Source of the DNA: Bispira polyomma
Lineage: Eukaryota
Assembly: GCA_965649765.1 (NCBI GenBank)
Contig: OZ287752.1
Location: 53,382,001-53,446,000, forward strand
DNA: 64,000 nucleotides
Direction: 5' to 3'
The notes beneath the pieces are model-generated. The model did no database searches. It saw nothing but the letters and a program-made list of their open reading frames with translations, and was not told the DNA's origin. The translations under genes and the position numbers were made by a program. Every line of letters starts with the position of its first letter. Position 1 is the stretch's first letter. This document shows positions 1 to 14,162 of the stretch, piece by piece.

Positions 1-129
1 GAGATCTCATTTCAGAATAGCTGAAGTCGGAGCTAGTATTTGTAAATCCTGATTTATGAATCAGACTATTCTGGCCAATTTACTATTTTTTTCAAGTAAA
101 GATCTGTTCTTAAAAGTTGTAATAGACTT

Positions 130-440
130 GCTGTTTCTTCTATTAACCTCAGGAAGACAGGATCAAGAGCTTTCTCCATTGCAGCTCAATTGTTATGGAA
201 CAGTCTTCCAGTCGACTTCAGATCAGTAGATACACTTATCGGTTTTAGTAGAAAAAAGCTTAAAACCTATGTCTTTAACCTCGCCTACCCACCCCAGTTC
301 CCTCCTGTACACCTCCCACACCTTTTATATGACCTTGCTATGTCCATGGACTGCATGACTAGAATACTGATTCAGCTGTTGTGCTTTAGAAGATGCCTAG
401 CATCAATAAGGCGCGTTAAAATGCTTAATAATAATAATAG
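130..440 (+). mobile_element. L2/CR1-clade LINE 3' end fragment
   Basis: Encodes the ORF2 C-terminus SRAFSIAAQLLWNSLPVDFRSVDTLIGFSRKKLKTYVF and ends in an (AAT)n tail at 428-439; homologous to 61830-62124. Confidence 0.85.
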
Positions 441-1460
441 TTGTATGGACTTTTTCTTGTGTAGAAAATCTGTATTACTTATAGCAGTACCTATAGTAAA
501 ATAAATATATAGAAATTGCAATATATTACAAAATGAAGGGCTAGTTTCTGACAAACTTGAGGTTTACACAGGACTAACTAAGGTGTCAACTATTATTCAT
601 CTATAACTTTCCTTTTTGTCTCTCACACCTACAAATTATGAAATTTAAAAAATCACAATTGCAATTGATGTTCTGTGCTTTATATAAATTGAGATTTCAA
701 TTTGATGACTAGTGAACAAGTCAGACCTTCATTTTGGTAAGCTATTTTAATTTATTAAACAAATCAAATTGTTGATTGTTTTTAACCTCAAGGGGTTTGT
801 ACAATGTTAAACTGGTGGCTAATAATTACGGTTACTAGAAACACTTAATTGACAAAAACCGACAATTTTATTTTCCTAGTATAAATAGTAACTCATATAA
901 CGCGATTTAGACATGAAAAAGTAAAAAAAAAAAAAAAAACAGTCAAAAACAGTTTTACTTCACAATTATTTCCTATTTGGTCATTCATGAAGTTTTCTAA
1001 ATGTTTGTATAGTCCATTTTTACCCAAAAATACAACAGCATATTCATTAAGGGAAAAACCGGGAGAAATGCAATAATAGGTATTTTTAATACAGTGCAAC
1101 CATGGCACTATAACGTCACCAATGGCAACAAATAGAATTCTACAGACGCCACAAATTGACAACCTCAGGAGATAATAAGCAAAAATGACACTTCAAATGG
1201 GTGGCAAAGGCTTCATTTGCTCAAGAGGGATTTATGGCCAGAAAAGCTTGATCTCCCACACTATAACCTAGCCTCACTTTAAGGCGTATCTACATATGTG
1301 CTAACTATATAATGTACACATACAAGTACCCTGGTGAGATCTTCACTTCAAGATAGTGTACAAAGCTGATGTGGTAAATGCAATATTGTATTATATTATA
1401 TTTTAACATGTTTTTTTTAAAATTTGAAGCATCTTGTAATGCACAACAACCGAATCAATC

Positions 1461-1632
1461 AGCCATTCATGTGTCCTACAGCACTTGGGCCATCGTCTGT
1501 AGGGAACACCGTGTTCACATCTAACCCAAGGGTGTCATCCCACAAATGAACCTAGCGACATTAGCAGGAGTTGAACCAGTGACATTTTGACCACCAGACC
1601 GACTCCCTAACACTAACTCATTGGGGACAGCC
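1461..1632 (-). mobile_element. tRNA-derived SINE (degenerate)
   Basis: Minus strand begins GGCTGTCCCCAATGAGTTAGTG and has a B-box-like GGTTCAACTCC followed by a non-tRNA body. Confidence 0.55.
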
Positions 1633-2015
1633 AGTAGAGATATAAGGGTACATTATATGTATACAGTTGTGCATTTAGATAAGCCCAAGTCTTGAATTTA
1701 GAACATTAAGCAAACTGAAGCCTTAGAAAAGGCTAACTATAAGCCAGTGCAATCCACTCTTTTATTTTAGCTATTTTTTTGGTTTTGGTTCGTGTTTTTG
1801 TCAAGTGCCAAGCATTTTCCTTTGATGGCCCAGAGAGATGGATTTTTAAATTGAGATAAACTGCGGAGTAATGACATGTTTTTAGACCAAAATGAGTATT
1901 GATGAAAACATAAAAATAGTGTGTAAAGTTTTAAGAGGTGACATGGGAGATAAATATTTAGTTTTCATTCGAAAAGCTTCTAACTGAATTTGATAACAAA
2001 AACCCCACTATACTG

Positions 2016-2253
2016 GGGCACTCAGTAGAGTGCATATCTCTGCTTAGCTGCAACAATGCCAAAAAGGTGAAAATTTGCTGGATCCTCCATTGTGGTGGTA
2101 ATCACTACACAATTCAATATATTATTTTATAGCTCATTCCCCATCTCTCCTGCAAATTATAAGTAGATTATTGCAGTTGTTTTGTAGAATCGTGGTAACA
2201 ATCAAACCAACCAACGGAGAGAGATGAAAACATAACCTCTTAGGCGGAGCTAA
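2016..2253 (-). mobile_element. Non-autonomous interspersed repeat (HINE/MITE-like, TTACCTCC..AGGAGGTTATG family)
   Basis: End GAAAACATAACCTCTTAGGCGGAGCTAA and AACC/AAAC microsatellite; related copies at about 6698-6850, 9650-9760, 16480-16570, 24785-24920, 28040/28220-28420, 41310-41435, 48260-48385 and 62280-62440. Confidence 0.55.
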
Positions 2254-5200
2254 ACATGTTAATTTTTTTTTTTTTTACAAATAATACAAGCTTCAAGTTT
2301 AAACATTGCTGGTATATGTATAATGATCTTACCTCCCACCTCTATAGTTGGAATTTTAAATAACTGCCTGGCATGCATGTGGAATATTTGGTAGTAGACT
2401 GAAGGCCGGTGATTTATAGTACAGGATTTGTCAACCAACTACTTTGCCATGGTTACCAGAGAACTACCCGACTTGAAGGTGTTGAAAGCAAGGTTATAAC
2501 TTAACCAAATCTATGGCCAGTAAGTGCATATGCATCATGCAATATCATATGGTGCAAACTTTTCCAAAACTATCAACAGTAAGCATAAAACCTATTTCAT
2601 ATGTATAATACTATTCCCAGAACATAAAGCATCTATGTGTACTATGTATCCTTAATACATATATTTACTGTCAATAGAGTATGTTATCAACATTGGTCAA
2701 AACCTAGGAAATATTAGAAAAAAAAACCATTAGTACAATCAAATTCATTATTTCAAAAAGGCAGAGCATGATAAAGGCTAAGGATTCCCTGATACTGTAC
2801 TAATACACATGCTTATTATCATTATAGTTTATAAACAAGAATTTATGGTAACCTTATTAGAAAATATTAAAAAGATACCATTGGTACAATACACAGTTAA
2901 TATTTATATGTATATAAAATGTAGAGCTTGAAAAAGACTAATACAGCCTCCTCTTGTCCTTGATGTGAATCCCAAGTGCTCAGGACTAAGGGTCAGGATT
3001 ACAAAGTAGACTTCTCCATTGATCCAGTACTGTGTTTTTATCACCCACTAGGGTTATAGAGCCTACTAAGTAGTTTTTGTTTCAAAACCCTACATGTAAA
3101 TCGTCATGTTTGTCCTCTTAAAAGGACTATATTTTCATAAATTAACATTTCTTATGTCATTAGTTTCAAAAATAAACCTGATGAGCATAGAATAATAGAA
3201 AACAAATTTAAACAGAAATGTCAGAACTTTTATTTTTATTTGTTTATCACAGTCACATACATATCAGAACAGGTTAAGTATAAACATTGTCATATGACAA
3301 ATATCAGAATAAACTGTTGGTATTCTCTTTAAGTTAATTAAAGGTTTACTATGCTGGTAAAGTTTTTTTGTTTTTCAATTGTTAAAACTAGATGGGCATT
3401 CAGTAAAGTAGCATAATTCCAGCAAGGGTCCACATTCCTGAAAAATGAAAAAAATCCTAGATCCGCCCTTATCTGTTTTAACTTCTTGGTGTATTTCATG
3501 TGAAGTAGTTCACTAATTTCTGTGTTATCCTGGTGGCAGTCAAACATAAATATAACCTGCTTGACAAAATTATTAACTCTATATTTTGAACAGTAAGTAC
3601 AATATTATACATGGCCTAATTCTACAAATTGATAAATTAATTAGATTTTTAGGTTCTATCAAAATGTTGCAACTATTTAAAGGATGTTTAAAATAAATTT
3701 ATCTTGGCTTATTTTTTACAATACACATTTCAGTGTATCAAATACGCCAATGCAACAATTCAAGTAGTGAATCATGCCGATATATCATAACTTGACCATT
3801 TTTGTCACTAAAAAAATAAGAAATTAAAATACAAAACAAGTTACACCTTGTAGTCCTTAACCCATTTTTTTACAGTGACGTATGTTATTTATTATAATTG
3901 TTTCCATTTCTTTAAGCACTTTCAAATGTCTCGTCATCAATAAATTATTCAGCATGTCTATTGGTAATACTATTTTTGTGTTAGTAGAATATCAATCATT
4001 TTAGTCATGTAAAAATACTCGCAGAGGTTTTTAAACATGTTAGAAAACTTAGGTTATAGGAAGCAAAACAATTCCATTTTCTGACCATTTATAATATTTC
4101 TTTTGTATTTTTCATCTCATGGCAGTAAATTTTACCTACAACTGTTTTTTTCCTTGTTTTTTTCTCCTATGTTAAAATTACTCTATTTATCTAATTATTC
4201 ACCTGTTTTAACATCCTCAATTGCCTACTTTGTCTTTTAGTTGAACTATTTTCCGCTTACCTTGAACTGACAAACCTAATGTAATCTGTTTCAGGGGGTT
4301 AAATCTCCTTATTTGCCAATTCCATGTATTTCTAACCTAGAAAACCTTAGCCATAGGCGTCCATATTCAATTCCTCAATATCTACACTCGGGCTAAGAGG
4401 TAGCCTTGGGAAAGGCTACTAAACATTTTTATATCCACCCTTGATGCAAATCGCCAGTCACTAAGATTTACAAATGAGACTTTTCTTTCATTGATCCATG
4501 GTGTGTGTGTTAGCTAGATTACCCAATATGTCAGTCCCCAGGATGTTAACACAATTCTAAATAGGACTAGACGCTTACTGTTGGATATATAACTTTAACA
4601 TATTCTGCCCTATTTTTCTTAGTCCCTTATAATAGTTGTTGGGTTTGATTTTAAATATCATACGCTTGCTTGAATTGAAATGTTTTTGATTTTGTCTTTA
4701 ACTGTCTGAAACTGACGCTGATATCACAAATTTCATCTGGTAGATCATTTTACAATTTTGGAGCCTCTGTTTCTATTTTATGTATAAACCTGTACAATAA
4801 TCCAACTTACATTTTGACTGATTGCTATGCTACAACATGACAAACTTCCAGATGTGTCTTTTTTTTGTGTGTAGCTAAGTGTATACTGAGTACTTAATAT
4901 GAAATTAAATCAGGAATCAGCCTGTATTTCACAGAGTTTACATGTAAATACAAAAAAATAAAAATAGAATTATCGTCAGATTGACAGTCACGTCTTTGAA
5001 AATGGGGGCTTATGCTTGATCATTACCTTAAGTTCCCCATTCCCAAGTCTAGACCTATATTTCCTGACCAGAACAAAAATGTTTACACTTTCTTGATTTC
5101 CTTTCTCACAAGGAAAGTTTACCACTATCTTACAGCTGGAGATATCTGTTTCTGATGTAAGAAGGAATATAAATACATGTGAACAATTATAGATGGTTCA

Positions 5201-5509
5201 TAGGACGTGAGCCAGATTAGTCTAGACCTTTAATAAAACACTCACTCCACATTGGGGCCGACACAACTGGTTGCTAACTGGGTGCAGTAATATGACAAGG
5301 ATGCCATTTCTGTCTTACTTCTATTATGTCACTAGAATATCCCTTAACACACCATCTGAGATTCTTCCATCCAAAAACACGAAGTATACATTGGCCAGCC
5401 ACAGCTGGGTGTAATTCTAGAAGCTAATATGACATGCCTGTCATTTCTATGATACTTCTATGACGTCACCGGATTATCCTTTACCCAATATGGGGTATTC
5501 CCATATAAT

Positions 5510-5657
5510 NNNNNNNNNNNNNNNNNNNNNNNNNNNNNNNNNNNNNNNNNNNNNNNNNNNNNNNNNNNNNNNNNNNNNNNNNNNNNNNNNNNNNNNNNNN
5601 NNNNNNNNNNNNNNNNNNNNNNNNNNNNNNNNNNNNNNNNNNNNNNNNNNNNNNNNN
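5510..5657. other. Assembly gap (148 N)
   Basis: Run of N. Confidence 1.
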
Positions 5658-6697
5658 TTGAAGGTAATAATTATCACAAGTTATGTATGTTAAATTTCTG
5701 TATATCAAACCTGTACCCTTACAAATTACCTATAGGTGCTGTCAGTGGATATGGAAAGTAAGCATGCTCAACAATTTATTAAATGGACATAATGTAACTT
5801 ATAACTTGTTGTGTATACTTATTATTATTAATATTTTAGTACTTATTCAGGAAATGGGGCTAGAATATATGCCATTGAGATGGATAAATACTAATAATTA
5901 TTTTAAAATCTCTTTAACAAATCAAATAAATAGTAATAGATTGGGACTATTTCAATGTAAACAAAATGAATTAGATTGTTATAACAGTTTACATGCAGCA
6001 GATCTCCGAAAGCTGCCGATTTTCAGTGTTACCATATAGCCAATTTGACAGGGATATGTTATGATTCAAACACAAATGGATCACAAGGATTTGAAAACTC
6101 CTACAAATTTAATTTGAATGGTATACCCACAATCCGACGGCCGAGCTATCTTTTATCTCAAAAGAAGCCAAAAAACCTCAAATCAGACAGTGTTGACCGA
6201 TAACCAGCATTTGGTTTATATTGAAGCACATGAAGGTAAAATATAAGAAGTGATAGGATCGGCTGTCGGCTGGTGATTGTCGGCAGTCGGTTACATAGAA
6301 ATTAGGACTAAAATGAGTGAATAAATTCACCCTGGCAGTATTTAACTTTGCACAGGGGAGTTAAAGATTTACTTGTCAAGATAATCAGGTAACAGTTGAT
6401 CAGATTATGGTCGATCGCTCTATTTCATGTGGGTAAGATAATAAGCTCTGTCTTTCACAATGTATCAAAGCCATGGAGCAAGAAAACACAAATGAGTAAA
6501 GGGGATTTAAAAAAAATTCTAATATTTCAAAACAATAATAACAATAATTATCATCATATATAATATAAGGGTTTATAATTTGCCACAGGCCTTATTTTTT
6601 TTTCGGGAAAAAAAAAGAAGTTATATCTGGGTTCAGTGTAAATCTTAACTAAACTTCATGTGCGGTCTATTTATCTTATCAAATATTTACATAATTA

Positions 6698-6860
6698 TTA
6701 CCTCAGGTTATGATTTTGCTTGTGTCTATTAGTTGGTTTGTCATAAGAATTGTACAAAACATACTGAAATGATTTCTATGGAATTTGGAGGGAGGTATAA
6801 GGCATGGGCCCCAGAATGGATCCATTAAATATGATATCAGGTCTGTGGAGAGGGATAGAT
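6698..6860 (+). mobile_element. HINE/MITE-like repeat copy
   Basis: TTACCTCAGGTTATGATTTTG..GTTGGTTTGT..GAATTTGGAGGGAGG..GGATCCATTAAAT; same family as 2016-2253 and 24785-24920. Confidence 0.55.
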
Positions 6861-9800
6861 TGAAGATTTATTCCACTTTTACTGTGCTGTGGTTCCCTGA
6901 AAGAGGGTTACCAACCCTCTTTTGTTATGACTTATATAGGTTAATATTAGCTGTTTGTGTCAAACTTTAATGACAGACACTATACATATTCCTTTCTACA
7001 AATAACAGCATATGTGGATATATGGCAGACTAACACTAAAGCCCACTTAGCAGTATCCAAAGTTAATCTTTCTTATCATGTGGCATCGCTGTGGGCTTAA
7101 TATGTTTTAGTATGTCTCCTATTTGCATATATGGCACATAGGTCTACTTGCTATTTCTGCCTAATCTTAATATCTTACTTTATCTTATTAGAAAGACCTT
7201 CTTTTTATGTTTTTAACACATACAAAAAATATGTTTGATTAACTTTGTGGGGATATTGGAAAACACACACCATATATCCAATTCACAATTATTATAAATA
7301 TCAACTAGCCTTTGTATAAGGCTGATCGTTGTCACAACTTGCCCATATTTTAAAGTATTTCAAAATTAAATGAGCCTTAGACAAGGCTAAATGACAACTG
7401 CAACCTCAGGATAAATCCCATTTCTCATTGATTTGTGCCTCACAGGAAAGCAATAGCCCTATAAAAACAAGCGGGATTAGATTATATCAGTGGCTATTGG
7501 CGATAAAGTTCATGTAAATGAAGACAGATTTGTCTGGATGAGATAAAGTGCAATTCTCTGTAGTATTTGGTGACATAAATCTAGCCATTTGTGAACCAAT
7601 CTGTCCACTGTTTATCTGGCCTAATAGATATCTTGTTATACTAATGTGATCAATGAAATCAAATTTGTATTGCAGGACATCACCACAGAAAAAGAGGTGA
7701 TCAAGTGGATGTGTATAAATGAAGATAGATTTGTCTGGGTGGGATAGGTACCAATTATATTAGTTGGTGACATCAATTGAAACATTTGTGAACTAATCTA
7801 TGCACTGTTTGTGTGGTCTAATGCTTGTTTCTTTGGAAAGGTGTTCAGTGTAATCAATATGTGTATTCCACTATTACTAAAATATAAGCTAAATAAGTGT
7901 ACAGCATTTTAAAAATTATTTCATTCATCTGAAATCTGACAATAGGAAAATATGTATCCCAAGAGTTACTTAATTTTATTATTAAACAATTTATTGTAAA
8001 TTTTGGCATATGCTTAGGACAATATATTTATCACATATTGAAATGCATACGTTTTACTTACAATAAAGATTAAATTCAATCTCTTCATTTTGTTTTTTTG
8101 TTTTTGTTTTGCTCAATTGACAACTTAAAATAGCAATATCCATTTTAAAGTGTTTTCCAATGACATTATTAGAAACGCCTAAATAGAATAACATCATTAA
8201 ATTATATTACATATATGTATTTTGACTTTCCATTTGTGTATTTTTCAATTTTACTTTTAACTTTTAACTCTATTTATTCCAGATAATATGGGTTGACATG
8301 AATTAATTGCCTACACCTAAATTGCTAAGCAAGCATAATCACAGTTTAATCTCGAATAACTTTGAACTGTTACAAAAAACATGCATGAACCAGTTTTCAT
8401 TTAACGCCACATCCTTAACCACATTTTTTTTTATTTGATAAAGCAAATAATTATAGCTAATTATTAAGCTCCGTAACTTAGATAGTTAACATTAATCGCC
8501 TGTTAAGCTGCGGCTTTGCATATTTCATAGGCAAACCTTCAACCTTTAAAGTAAAAATTGTCTGTTGTGAATAAAACATTTCATTAAAATCCATAATAAT
8601 TATGACATGACTTATAAAATGTTTTCCAGCTAAAATTATAATTTATACATTACATATTCACAAGTGATGTGTATAAAGATAAGCCTAAATGGTACCTTAT
8701 AAGAATATCAAACTAGATATACCACTCTACACATTCTAGAATATAGTCCTTTATCATAACTTATGCCAAAACCTTTTTATTAACAATAGTACGTCAAGAC
8801 TAATTTAATAATAACTATACATATATTTTTAAATGGATTTTCTTTGCTTATATTTATTTATCTATTCTATTCCAACATAGAATTCTCCATCTTAAACTGT
8901 TTCTACCACAGAGGTAATATCGTAAAAACCTTGCATATTTACTTTTAGTGTTCTCTAATAATTCATGCCTGTGGGATTTCCGGTGTCCTTGACCTGTGAA
9001 CCCTTGACATTCTTCAGTTAGAGAGGTGATAACCAATGGGATATCATTGCTGGGTGCTGTGAATAAAATAAACTGTGACTATCCTTTAATTGCTAGTCAA
9101 ATGCAAACACTTAAAATAAACCATTGACTAAGTTCAGAATTTTTTACATGAAACTAATGAATGATTTAGTGGACTTTTAGTATAAAAAATATTTCACTCT
9201 ATAAAGTTAAAGTATTTCCATTTTGTGCCTATTATGTGGTTTTGTTAATGTTTTGTTTTGTGGTTTTGTTTTTGGTTTTACATTTGTCAAGAGTCATAAA
9301 CCCTTGCATCAACTCAAACACTACAATAGTAAATTTTTTTATTATTGAGACTAACCTTGACATGTTACAAACATGATACAGCAGGGCATAGTTTGGATAC
9401 TATTGTGACTTTAGGTTTGTGATCTTTGATAAACACAGGGCCATATATTCCCAAGATATTTTGAAACTCTCATTACAGTCTACATTGGTATTGTTGATGG
9501 GCTTATCAACATCAAATGAAAGAAGTCATAAAAGAGCAAACTAATCACAGATCAACCCTGAAAATCTATTATTTCCTAAGCTAAAACGTCCTACATAGTA
9601 AAAGATATGATCTATTAATAATGTAGTCGTATCTGGATCAATCTTTATATCTGACAAGGAGGTTACATTGTCAACTCTTAGTTTGTTAGTCATCAGAATT
9701 ACCTAACATCTACAAAATCAAACTAAAAATCTTGTAACTGTACACAGTCCACAGGGCTGATCCTTAATACGGACAGAGAGGGAAACCTAGCTATTGAGAC

Positions 9801-9904
9801 AATGATCACAACTATATAAACTTAGCACATTTGGGCGTTTATTCCTAAATACAATTCCTCAACATTTAATATTGTTAAAACATCAAACTACTAGTTTATC
9901 GACA

Positions 9905-10135
9905 GATTAAGTTTAATTTAAGTTAAGGGCACCCCAACGTGATCTCAGGTGACCGTAAAGATTTTTGCACTAAGGGTGACATAACTTTACTAAGGTCACC
10001 ATAAATTAAATCAAAGTTACTAAACTTTTTGAGATTGAGGGTGACTTAACTTTGCTTAAGGTCACCCTTAAAAAGTGAATTTACTAAATGGAAGGTTACC
10101 TTAAGGGCAGCCGAGTTTAAGGTAAACTTTATTTT
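9905..10135. repeat. Array of TAAGGTNACCTTAA-type imperfect palindromes
   Basis: TAAGGTCACC (about 9991 and 10057), AAGGTTACCTTAAG (about 10092); about 67-bp internal repeat AGGGTGAC(A/T)TAACTTT..TAAGGTCACC. Confidence 0.75.
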
Positions 10136-10398
10136 TATGGTACAACATAAGATCTTCTAACCGTACATTATAATTTAAATCCATGCTTTTTGTTTTTAAG
10201 CTAAAATAATTTCATACTGGTAAATATTAAGCTGAAAAATGCTCTAATCTATAATTCAGTGTTATTTCCCGAAAAATTAAACCAATAAATTTATTTAGCT
10301 TTACTCAATATAATGATCTATACTGAATATTATAGGCTATACTATGTTGGCTATACTAGCTGCTATAATATCTAAATATAACTATAATAGCTAATCCA

Positions 10399-10590
10399 AG
10401 ATGGCCTAGTAGCTAGAAGGGTTAGCTTCATCATCACTAGTCTCTCACAAAATGTGGGATTGAATCCAATTTGTTCCCTCATGTGGCAAAGTTTGTCAGG
10501 TACTTGCCATAGGCCGGTGGTTTACAATGCTGCAGCACTCGCTTTAACTACTGAAAGTGGTGTAAAGCCTAAACCACATTCAAATTCAAA
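10399..10590 (+). mobile_element. tRNA-derived SINE (same family as 54922-55175)
   Basis: A-box-like TGGCCTAGTAG, shared ATCACTAGTCTCTCAC, core TGTGGCAAAGTTTGTCAGG..GGTGGTTT, and ATTCAA tail. Confidence 0.7.
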
Positions 10591-12029
10591 CTAACTGAGC
10601 CCAATTAGTGTGTCCATTGCTTTACTAAGTAGTAAAATCTGTATTATAATACAGGTTATAGTTACTTATCTACCTAAATTAACTAATCTGTGTATTATGA
10701 GCTGTACTTTAATAATGAAGCCACTTACTCTGTTCCTGGCTGGCTAGATGATCCTTTCACTGTCAGTAGTAGTCCTGACTCGTGACCCCTCAAGGTAAAA
10801 AATTTTCCCTCGATGACCTTTTTCTTCTTGCTAGCCATATTTTAGGTACAAATGGCAGTGGAAGGTTCAGTACGAGACAACTTGGGGTTGACTGCTAATT
10901 GGAGGTACTCACTCAATGGTATGTGTATGTGTGTGTGTGTACAAAGGTTCAGCCGGCTGGAGGAAATTATAAATTGTCAAGATGGCTGCCGATACTTTGC
11001 TTTTGAATAAAAGTTGGCAGACAATGTTAAGTGGATGTGGTGCTGACAATGTTAAGTGGATGTGGTGCTGATAAAGTTGTTTTGTAGTAATAATAGGCTG
11101 TGATAAAAGCTGGGTATTTTGACAATGTTAAGGGGATATTGGATGCTAGCAGAATTGGTAAGGGTAAGTTTACCTTATATAAGGTACAGGGATTTAGCAT
11201 TAGTAGTAGTTCAAGAGAAACCCTTAAACTAACTAGAAATATGCCTCTGATATTGCAATGTTTTGTTGTAAAACGTGGATTTTAAGTTTAATATTTAAGT
11301 AATACCTTAAACTGGAGACAACTTTTAAGTATAATAGTACAAATAAATTGACTGAGAAACTAATGTTGAGACAAACTTATGATAGTGGACCTTTATCTCA
11401 CCCACTAATATTGCAAAGTCCAACAAGATACACTTCATAAAGTTATGATTTTTATCAACGCTCCTTGATAGGTGGTGGTGGTGTGTGTGTCTTTTTGCAA
11501 ATAGGCTATAAAATCATTGTACTTGAAAACAATGTGGGCAATTAAAATAATACCTCCACTTCTTATAATTACAATTATAATAGAAAAAAATCTCCATTCA
11601 ATAGAAATAAAATATTTCTTCAGTTTTATTTTACAAGGAGATATATTGTTAGTATTTTTTTTTATTATTAAATCCTGTCCTTTAAGTATCTTACTTAGAC
11701 GACAGTGTAGGTGTAGTATGCAGTGTCTATACTTGTTTGACAAACTTACTGATAAGAGATTTATGAGTGATAGTCTGCTTTTGGGTCCATGTTTGTTACA
11801 ACAGTTACTACTAAACTGCATTCATAAGATAAATATATTTCACTTAATATTAGCTGCAGACATAAATAAGTGTTCTATGGTTTTTGGGTAGTGAAATACT
11901 TGTAACAGTATCAGTGCTCTGACCTAGAGTTTGAATATTTGACCTTGGTTGAACTAGCAGTTGGGATTATATATTTTAATTTGCTACTACACATATAGTT
12001 AACTGGTTAAAATATTAATATCTAACAAT

Positions 12030-12350
12030 GAGGCCACCTTAGTTAAAAATTTAAGTTTAGTGTAAGATCACCTTAAGAGTGACTTAACTTGACTAAATTT
12101 AAGGTTAACGTAAAATCAATTAGAAATTGATTTTTTCTAAAGTTTAAGGTAACCTTAACTAAATTTACTATATTTAACTTGGCCTAAGCTTTACATGTGT
12201 CTAGTTAAGGTTACGACTTAAGTTTAATTAGACTATAAGTTTACAATAATTAAAGGTAACCTTAACAACATTACAAGATTTAAAATGGCCTAAGCCTTAC
12301 ATGTGTCTAGTTAAGGTTACGCAAAGTTTTGACTATAAGTTGGCCTTACT
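12030..12350. repeat. Array of TAAGGTNACCTTAA-type palindromes with a 106-bp direct repeat
   Basis: Perfect TTAAGGTAACCTTAA near 12145; GGCCTAAGC(T/C)TTACATGTGTCTAGTTAAGGTTACG at 12181 and 12287. Confidence 0.8.
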
Positions 12351-12884
12351 AGATAAAATGTGTAAGCTTTATATGATATAAATGATAGAAAGAGATACAA
12401 CAACCACTATACAATAACCACAATAACTACTATAAAACTATAAAAAAAAGTACATAAATACTAGCTTGTTAAAAACTAATAAAATAAAAGGTGCATGCAT
12501 ATAATGTCTTTTAGAGTCCAAGGCACCAGAATCTCACTGAACCTTACGTTGTTGAATAATTCAGCCCTAAACATCGAGTCAGTGTACTGTACGTATATAT
12601 ATATGTATAGTGAGAAGATCTTTTAATTACAATTACAAATTTAAGCACATGGATCTTGGATGCTTGAGGCTTGCTTGGCTGACAGGCTTTCTTGATCATT
12701 TACTTTGCCATGCATTGCGAGGATCTTTGGACTGAAGCTGACACAAATAACTGTTAACACCACATATATAATTGTCATATATCTATATAAGGACAGCTTA
12801 AGTTAAACACAGTTTTGACAACATGATATTAACATACAATTAGAGATGAGGTAAGCCTGGAAATTTCAGTAATTAGTGTGGAGA

Positions 12885-13073
12885 CTAACAGGAAGAAGCC
12901 TGAAAGGAGCACACTGAACCATAGGGATGAAAACCTGCGGCAGAACCATGTTGCTTGCTGGTCAAAGACCCGACCCCAGGATCCTCACCGCCCCTGCGCC
13001 TGAGGTGTAAATTAAGGCTGACAGAGTCTTCACTCTTGACACTTGCTCCCGAAGCGACGTAAAAAGAGCCCAT
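12885..13073 (-). pseudogene. Small ORF with ubiquitin-like C-terminal motif (LNLHLRRRGG), TATA upstream
   Basis: GC-richer 62-codon ORF; minus-strand TATAAA at 13169-13174 and YY1-like GCCATCTT at 13125-13132. Confidence 0.35.
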
Positions 13074-14162
13074 ACAGGTGAAGTTGGGGATGAGGTTTGG
13101 AGTAAAAATAAATTCAGATTTTTTAAGATGGCGTTCTGCCCTTCACAAATTCTTAATTTGAAGCGAGGTTTATAGGTTTAAGCGGGAAAATGATCAAAAA
13201 TGAGGTTAATTGCCAGCCAATCCCTAATAGAGGTCAACCTAACCAGAATAGCTTTTTAAAAGGATTTAGGGTCAGCACTGACCTTACTAACCCCGTTAGG
13301 TTTACCTAGCACACTCTCCCATTATTTGGTATGTTTACTTACTGCCCCATTTCAGTTTAACTGTAACTACAAAATCTGACATGGCAACCATATTCATGTT
13401 GTAGGCAGCGAAAAGAAGGCATAAAGCTGGGCAAGAAATGGTTAGAAAAATGAGAGGAGGGAGGCAAGAGGGAAACAAGGAAGGAGGGAGAAAAGAAATA
13501 AAACAGGAATGCTGATGAAAAAGGGGTAACAGAGCTAAGGAGCAAAGGCAAAAAATTTGGAGGATTTGCAAAAAGTGGAGGAAGACTACCAATTATATTG
13601 GTTTTATCAGACTTCCTTTAACCTTCCATGCGAAAGTAACACAATAATTGAAACTTAACAAAGTGTTTATGTACTACATTTAAGTAATTAAGTTATGATG
13701 GCTATGGTATGAATAATTTACCTCCCATGGAATCTTAGGATACGTAATACATGTATTTTAATGAGAATTACAGGTGTCATTTTAACATAGACATACATCA
13801 CAATGAGCCAACCATTTAAGAAGCCAATTGCAAGTTTATAATGTGTTCCTACTATATTCCTTTGATGCTTCAGACTATACTGTACTTTTTAATTTGATTA
13901 CTTGAACGTATTTTCCGAGAATACATTTAGGATAAAATAAAGGAATGCATGAATTAAAAAACATTATTTAAACACTAAACAAATGAATTATTCATACATT
14001 ACCCATTATAACTTAACTAATGTGGCTTATTACTTAAACAGTTTCTCAATTTAAAATGTAACCGTTGGGAAAAAAAGGTTAAAGGAGTTGCTTAAATATG
14101 CTACTCCCCATTACCTCCCTCACCTGACCTTACCCCTTCTATGACTCATACCTTGCCCATAT

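Noticed and set aside
5460-5708. ORFs spanning 5460-5708
   Set aside because: Artefacts of reading through the N gap.
7505-7825. About 200-bp-period local duplication (similar ones at 2700-2940 and 5270-5500)
   Set aside because: Ordinary degenerate tandem duplications with no further structure.
13335-13592. Hydrophobic ORFs on the minus strand
   Set aside because: Derived from purine-rich low-complexity sequence.
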